From: Candidatus Omnitrophota bacterium
GTDB lineage: Bacteria > Omnitrophota > Gorgyraeia > JAGLLT01
Assembly (NCBI GenBank): GCA_030632085.1
Contig: DAOVJY010000002.1
Coordinates: 141,325 to 205,324, forward strand
Reading direction: 5' to 3'
Length of the DNA stretch: 64,000 nucleotides
Positions 60,068 through 64,000 of the stretch are shown piece by piece; within the stretch, counting starts at the first letter, position 1; each line of letters opens with the position of its first letter. The position numbers and the translations under genes are program-made. The notes under the pieces were generated by a model. The model searched no databases, was not told where the DNA came from, and worked only from the letters and a program-made list of their open reading frames with translations.

Positions 60068-61349
60068 GGGCTTTAGGGGAGTAGTATATAGTAAAAGAAA
60101 GATTAAGGATTTTAGCTTAGTTACCGCGCCGCCTTATGATGTTATTTCCCCTAAAGAGAGAGATGAGCTTTATAAAAAAAGCGATTATAATGTCATTCGT
60201 CTTATATTAGGTAAGATGTATAAGCGTGATGATAAAAAGAATAACCGCTATAGCCGAGCCGCCGATTTTATAGAAAAATGGATTGCCAAGGATGTGCTTA
60301 TAAGGGATGAGAAACCCACTCTTTATGTATATTTGCAGGAATTTACCGATCCTCAGACAAAAAGGAGGGTAAAGCGTTTAGGTTTTATTGGACACTTTGT
60401 GTTGCAGGAATTTAAAAAGAAAAATATCTATCCTCATGAGTGGACTTTATCAAAACCCAAAGTTGATAGATTTGAGCTGATAAAAGCAACTTCTTCGAAC
60501 TATAGCCCTGTATTTTCTCTTTTTTCCGATAAAAAGAAGAAGGTTGATAGTCTTCTAAAAAAGGCGTTAAAGGCTAAAGCGTTTATAAAGTTGAAAGATA
60601 GCGATAACGCGACGCACGCGATTTATCGTATTGACGATAAAAAGATGATAGGTTCTATACGGAAAGAACTATCTAATAAGAAACTTTTTATAGCTGATGG
60701 GCATCACAGATATGAAACAGCCCTTAATTATAAAAAACACGTAAAAAAAATAGGCAAAAAAGCTAAAGATATATCAGCTCAAGCAACTCTAATGTATTTT
60801 ACAAATCTTGATGGCGCGGGGCTAAAGATATACCCCATTCACCGCTCTGTAAGAAATATATCAAAGGAAATCCTAAAGAATCTTATTCCTGCTTTAAAAA
60901 AGTATTTTGACGTTGAAATTAGCGGCTCAAAAAAATCCATGCTGAAGAAAGTCTTATCAGCTAAAACCGGAAATTATATTTTCGGGATGTACTTCGGTAA
61001 GAAGTTTTATATTTTAAAACTCAAAGATAAAAAGACAGTAGCTAAAGCAGCCGGTAAAAAGAAAGCTTCTAATGTAGATAAACTAAACGTCAGCCTGCTC
61101 CATAATCTGATAATTAATAAACTACTCAAAGCTGATTTTGAAGATGATGTATATTATCTAAAAAGTCCGGATACGGTTATTAAAGATGTTAATTTAAAGA
61201 AAAATAGAGTGGGATTTTTCCTGGCCGCTATTACCGCGGATGAGATAGTAAAAGCAGCCTTAAATAATGAACGGCTTCCAAGGAAATCTACCTATTTTTA
61301 TCCCAAGCTTTACAGTGGTTTAGTAATAAATAAGATGAATAGGCCCTAG
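60054..61349 (+). CDS. DUF1015 family protein
   Basis: PPYDVI, PHE, IADGHHRYETA, KSTYFYPK. Confidence 0.93.
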   Translation: MIEIKGFRGVVYSKRKIKDFSLVTAPPYDVISPKERDELYKKSDYNVIRLILGKMYKRDDKKNNRYSRAADFIEKWIAKDVLIRDEKPTLYVYLQEFTDPQTKRRVKRLGFIGHFVLQEFKKKNIYPHEWTLSKPKVDRFELIKATSSNYSPVFSLFSDKKKKVDSLLKKALKAKAFIKLKDSDNATHAIYRIDDKKMIGSIRKELSNKKLFIADGHHRYETALNYKKHVKKIGKKAKDISAQATLMYFTNLDGAGLKIYPIHRSVRNISKEILKNLIPALKKYFDVEISGSKKSMLKKVLSAKTGNYIFGMYFGKKFYILKLKDKKTVAKAAGKKKASNVDKLNVSLLHNLIINKLLKADFEDDVYYLKSPDTVIKDVNLKKNRVGFFLAAITADEIVKAALNNERLPRKSTYFYPKLYSGLVINKMNRP

Positions 61350-61355
61350 GGACTA

Positions 61356-61384
61356 TTGAAAATAGTTATTAATTGTGGTATACT
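61356..61384 (+). promoter_or_regulatory. Sigma70 promoter for ncRNA / mutM
   Basis: TTGAAA (61356), 17 bp, TGn-TATACT (61379). Confidence 0.75.
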
Positions 61385-61390
61385 ACAGGT

Positions 61391-61537
61391 AGGACATAAA
61401 CACGCCCGAGCCTGAAAATATCTCAGGTTCTAAAGTGCAAGATTAGGGGCTTTCCCCCATAAAAAGAGAGCACTACCTGAGATATTAGCCTAAAGAAAGT
61501 CGTTTTTAGGTTGACCCGGACGTGTTTCTTTGTGTAT
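61391..61537 (+). ncRNA. ssrS: Probable 6S RNA (long rod with central bubble)
   Basis: AAACACG.CCG pairs with CGG.CGTGTTT; AATATCTCAGGT pairs with ACCTGAGATATT; GTGC/GCAC; hairpin in 3' bubble; starts at predicted TSS. Confidence 0.55.
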
Positions 61538-61556
61538 ATAGGGTGGGTTATTAATC

Positions 61557-62381
61557 ATGCCGGAACTTCCGGAAGTTGAGACTATCAGACGCTTTCTTAA
61601 GAAGCATATCTTAAATAAAGAAATATCCGCGGTTAATATTAAGTTTGATAAGATTATCCATGAGGATAAAAAGCTTTTTATTGAACACCTGAAGAAAACT
61701 ATAATAACAGACATCAAAAGGCAAGGTAAATATTTTATCTTTGTCCTATCTAACGGGTATTATCTGATTATCCATCTAAAGATGTCAGGCCAGTTATTAT
61801 ATGTACCCCATAAATCAAAAATCATAAAACATACTCATGTAATTATCTCCTTTAAAGGCGGCGATTTTGATTTACGTTTTAAGGATGTAAGGCGGTTTGG
61901 ATATCTCTTAACATTAAGTAAGAGCGAATCGCGAAAATATCTCTTAAAGCGGATTGGGACTGATATTTTGGATGTTGGCTCTCTGGAATTTAAAAAAACT
62001 TTAAAAAGTAAACAAAGGATTATAAAAAGCTTATTATTGGATCAAAAGTTATATGCCGGTATTGGCAATATCTATGCTAATGAGGCTTTGTTTTTAGCCG
62101 GTATTCACCCGCGGGTGAAATCCTCAAATTTGAACGACAGCCAAATTAGAAAACTTTATGAAGCGCTTCAAAAGATCCTGAAGTCAGCTATTAAATCAGG
62201 CGGTTCTTCAGTGGGGGATTATATCTTACCTGATGATTCTATCGGTTCGTTTCAAAAAAGGCATAAGGTTTATCAGAAAGACGGCCAGGCTTGCCCGATC
62301 TGCAAAACACATATTAAGCGCGTAAAGCAAAACGGCAGAAGCAGCTTTTTCTGCCCTAACTGCCAAAAGAAACATTCTTAA
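61557..62381 (+). CDS. mutM: Formamidopyrimidine-DNA glycosylase
   Basis: MPELPEVE, HLKMSG, GIGNIYANE, C-terminal zinc finger CPIC...CPNCQ. Confidence 0.98.
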   Translation: MPELPEVETIRRFLKKHILNKEISAVNIKFDKIIHEDKKLFIEHLKKTIITDIKRQGKYFIFVLSNGYYLIIHLKMSGQLLYVPHKSKIIKHTHVIISFKGGDFDLRFKDVRRFGYLLTLSKSESRKYLLKRIGTDILDVGSLEFKKTLKSKQRIIKSLLLDQKLYAGIGNIYANEALFLAGIHPRVKSSNLNDSQIRKLYEALQKILKSAIKSGGSSVGDYILPDDSIGSFQKRHKVYQKDGQACPICKTHIKRVKQNGRSSFFCPNCQKKHS

Positions 62382-62534
62382 TTTTTTCCGCCATCCTAAA
62401 AGATTAAAACTTGTCGATTTAACACCCTCCCGGCAACCGCCGTAGAATAAAATAAAAGTGAAGATAAATTTACGCGAGGGGATAAAATTGTTTGTTTAAA
62501 GCAACATAATGCTATATAAAAGCAAAATTATGCA

Positions 62535-62563
62535 TTGACAGAAAGTGTGTTATATAGTATACT
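62535..62563 (+). promoter_or_regulatory. Near-consensus sigma70 promoter of polysaccharide locus
   Basis: TTGACA (62535), 17 bp, TATACT (62558). Confidence 0.75.
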
Positions 62564-62573
62564 TTTGCTAATC

Positions 62574-63701
62574 ATGGTAATAATTAAATATTTGATGTTA
62601 GTTATTGCAATCATTGCTTTTTCTCAAAGTGAGCTCTATGCTTTTAGCTCTAAAGAGTTAGATATAATGAATGAGATTAGCGTAAGTGAAATATACGATG
62701 ATAATATAAATTTTTCAAAAAAAAATAAAAAAAGCGATTTTATAACTAAGCTAAATTACGGTTTTGGATTAAAGCTTGAAAAGAAAACCTTAGATATTAA
62801 CCTGAAAGCGGTTATAAGCAGTGAATTATTCGCTAAATATGATAGATTTAATAATTTTAGCGAAGATGTAGAATTTAGTGTCAAAAAGCAGCTTTGCAAA
62901 AAAGCTTATTTTAGCGTTAAAGATAAATTTAGCCATACTTATGAACCATACAGTTTTTCCGAAGCTTTTGGGATAAAGGCGGCACAGTACAGCTATTACA
63001 GAAATAAATTCAATATTACTTATGACCGCGAACTTGGAAAAAGAATTAGTCTCAGCATGCTCTATGATAATGAAATGGATAAACCTTCAAACGCGGATAT
63101 TAAGAATTCATATTTAAATAGAGGCGCTTTTGAGGCAAATTATATCCTAAATACAAAAACCGGTTTACTTGCCGCGGCTAGCTTTGAGCAGAGAAGGTTT
63201 GAAGATAAAATGGACGCGTCTTCGGGTAAGATTACTTTTGGCTTAAGGAAGAGTATAAAACCTCGTCTTTCTTTTGAAATTAGAACAGGCGCGGATTTCA
63301 TAAATTCTTATCTGGAAAATAGATATATAAAACCTCTTGGGTCTATGCTAATGCGCGGTGAATTAAACGAAAAAACAGAGCTTGATGTTTATTTTTTAAA
63401 AGAGCCTTCTTTGCGTCCTTACAAACAAGCTGTTTTTGAATATTGGCAGATAGGCTTTTCTTTGAGGAGGCAGTTATCAAAGAAAGCTAATGGATTTATT
63501 TCCTCTTTTTACGGACAGGGCGATTATCTTCAGCTTGATATTAGCGATGAGCTTAAAGGCATAGAGGCCGGAATTAATTATGATATTAAAGATAATCTAA
63601 AAGGAGAGTTTAAATATAAATATTCTAACCTTGATTCTACGGATAAGAACGCGGATTACCGAAAAAATAGTTTTATTTTTAGCCTAAAAACGGAGTTCTA
63701 A
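62574..63701 (+). CDS. Outer-membrane beta-barrel protein, exopolysaccharide-export associated
   Basis: Signal peptide, YDDNI motif, alternating beta strands, C-terminal Phe; precedes a sugar transferase. Confidence 0.75.
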   Translation: MVIIKYLMLVIAIIAFSQSELYAFSSKELDIMNEISVSEIYDDNINFSKKNKKSDFITKLNYGFGLKLEKKTLDINLKAVISSELFAKYDRFNNFSEDVEFSVKKQLCKKAYFSVKDKFSHTYEPYSFSEAFGIKAAQYSYYRNKFNITYDRELGKRISLSMLYDNEMDKPSNADIKNSYLNRGAFEANYILNTKTGLLAAASFEQRRFEDKMDASSGKITFGLRKSIKPRLSFEIRTGADFINSYLENRYIKPLGSMLMRGELNEKTELDVYFLKEPSLRPYKQAVFEYWQIGFSLRRQLSKKANGFISSFYGQGDYLQLDISDELKGIEAGINYDIKDNLKGEFKYKYSNLDSTDKNADYRKNSFIFSLKTEF

Positions 63702-63702
63702 T

Positions 63703-64000
63703 ATGCTAAAGGAACGTATAGAAGTTTTTAAAAGAGTTAATCTCCTTTTGGACCTTTCTCTTGTGGCGTTATCATTTTTTCTGGGCTATGCCTTTTTAAG
63801 CTCTTTATTAAAAATGACCGCTCATAGTTTATATCCATTTAATAGCTATATCATTTTTCTGCCGCTTTTGCTTATTTTCTGGGGAGGATTCCTTTGTTTC
63901 TTCGGAATGTATAACTCCCTGAGAATAGAGTCTTTTTATAAAGTTCTTTTAACTGTCCTGAAAGCCGCTTTTTTTTCGTTTATTATTTTTAGCAGTCTTA
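63703..64000 (+). CDS. Polyprenyl-phosphate sugar phosphotransferase (WcaJ/WbaP-type) N-terminal TM region, truncated by window edge
   Basis: MLKERIEVFKRVNLLLDL...FFGMYNSLR; D in TM1 and GMY pattern typical of this family. Confidence 0.65.
   Translation, partial: MLKERIEVFKRVNLLLDLSLVALSFFLGYAFLSSLLKMTAHSLYPFNSYIIFLPLLLIFWGGFLCFFGMYNSLRIESFYKVLLTVLKAAFFSFIIFSSL

Noticed and set aside
1-64000. tRNA, rRNA, transposase, integrase or prophage genes
   Set aside because: None recognised; intergenic spaces are short and accounted for by repeats, promoters or remnants

Overview
AT-rich chromosomal window from a diderm bacterium. Gene content and order suggest a PVC-type lineage such as Ca. Omnitrophota, but this is inference. 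Almost all genes are on the + strand. Order: rarA (partial); a large LPS/Kdo operon (lpxK, LpxL-ELM1 fusion, GT4-GT9 fusion, GT4, four GT9, hldA, kdsB-pyrG-kdsA-kdsD-kdsC, lptC-lptA fusion, lptB); hpf-ptsN-yvcK-ptsH-ptsI with no rpoN; pgi/pmi, nucleotidyltransferase, metK, ahcY, pfkA, fba; comF-lptF-lptG on the minus strand. An accessory stretch follows, with a signalling operon (Cache-HAMP and RsbRD_N-like sensors lacking output domains, histidine kinase, REC, REC-GAF-GGDEF) and an ArsR-led thiol-redox island carrying deletion scars (HdrB C-terminal remnant, OsmC/J-domain junction). The window ends with miaB, TPR-SPOR, miaA, hflX; CIRCE-hrcA-grpE-dnaK-dnaJ; a probable 6S RNA, mutM and the start of an exopolysaccharide locus. 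The most unusual signals are: (1) two output-less sensors sharing a C-terminal 'ELEKFxxLxVxRELxMxxLK' tail next to a kinase with a 'RKATLNILED' coiled-coil motif, possibly a plug-and-socket signalling system; (2) 7-nt-period repeat tracts at gene ends across the window that host small hairpin modules with covarying stems; (3) a 101-nt tandem structured repeat where rpoN normally lies; (4) several apparently leaderless transcripts.
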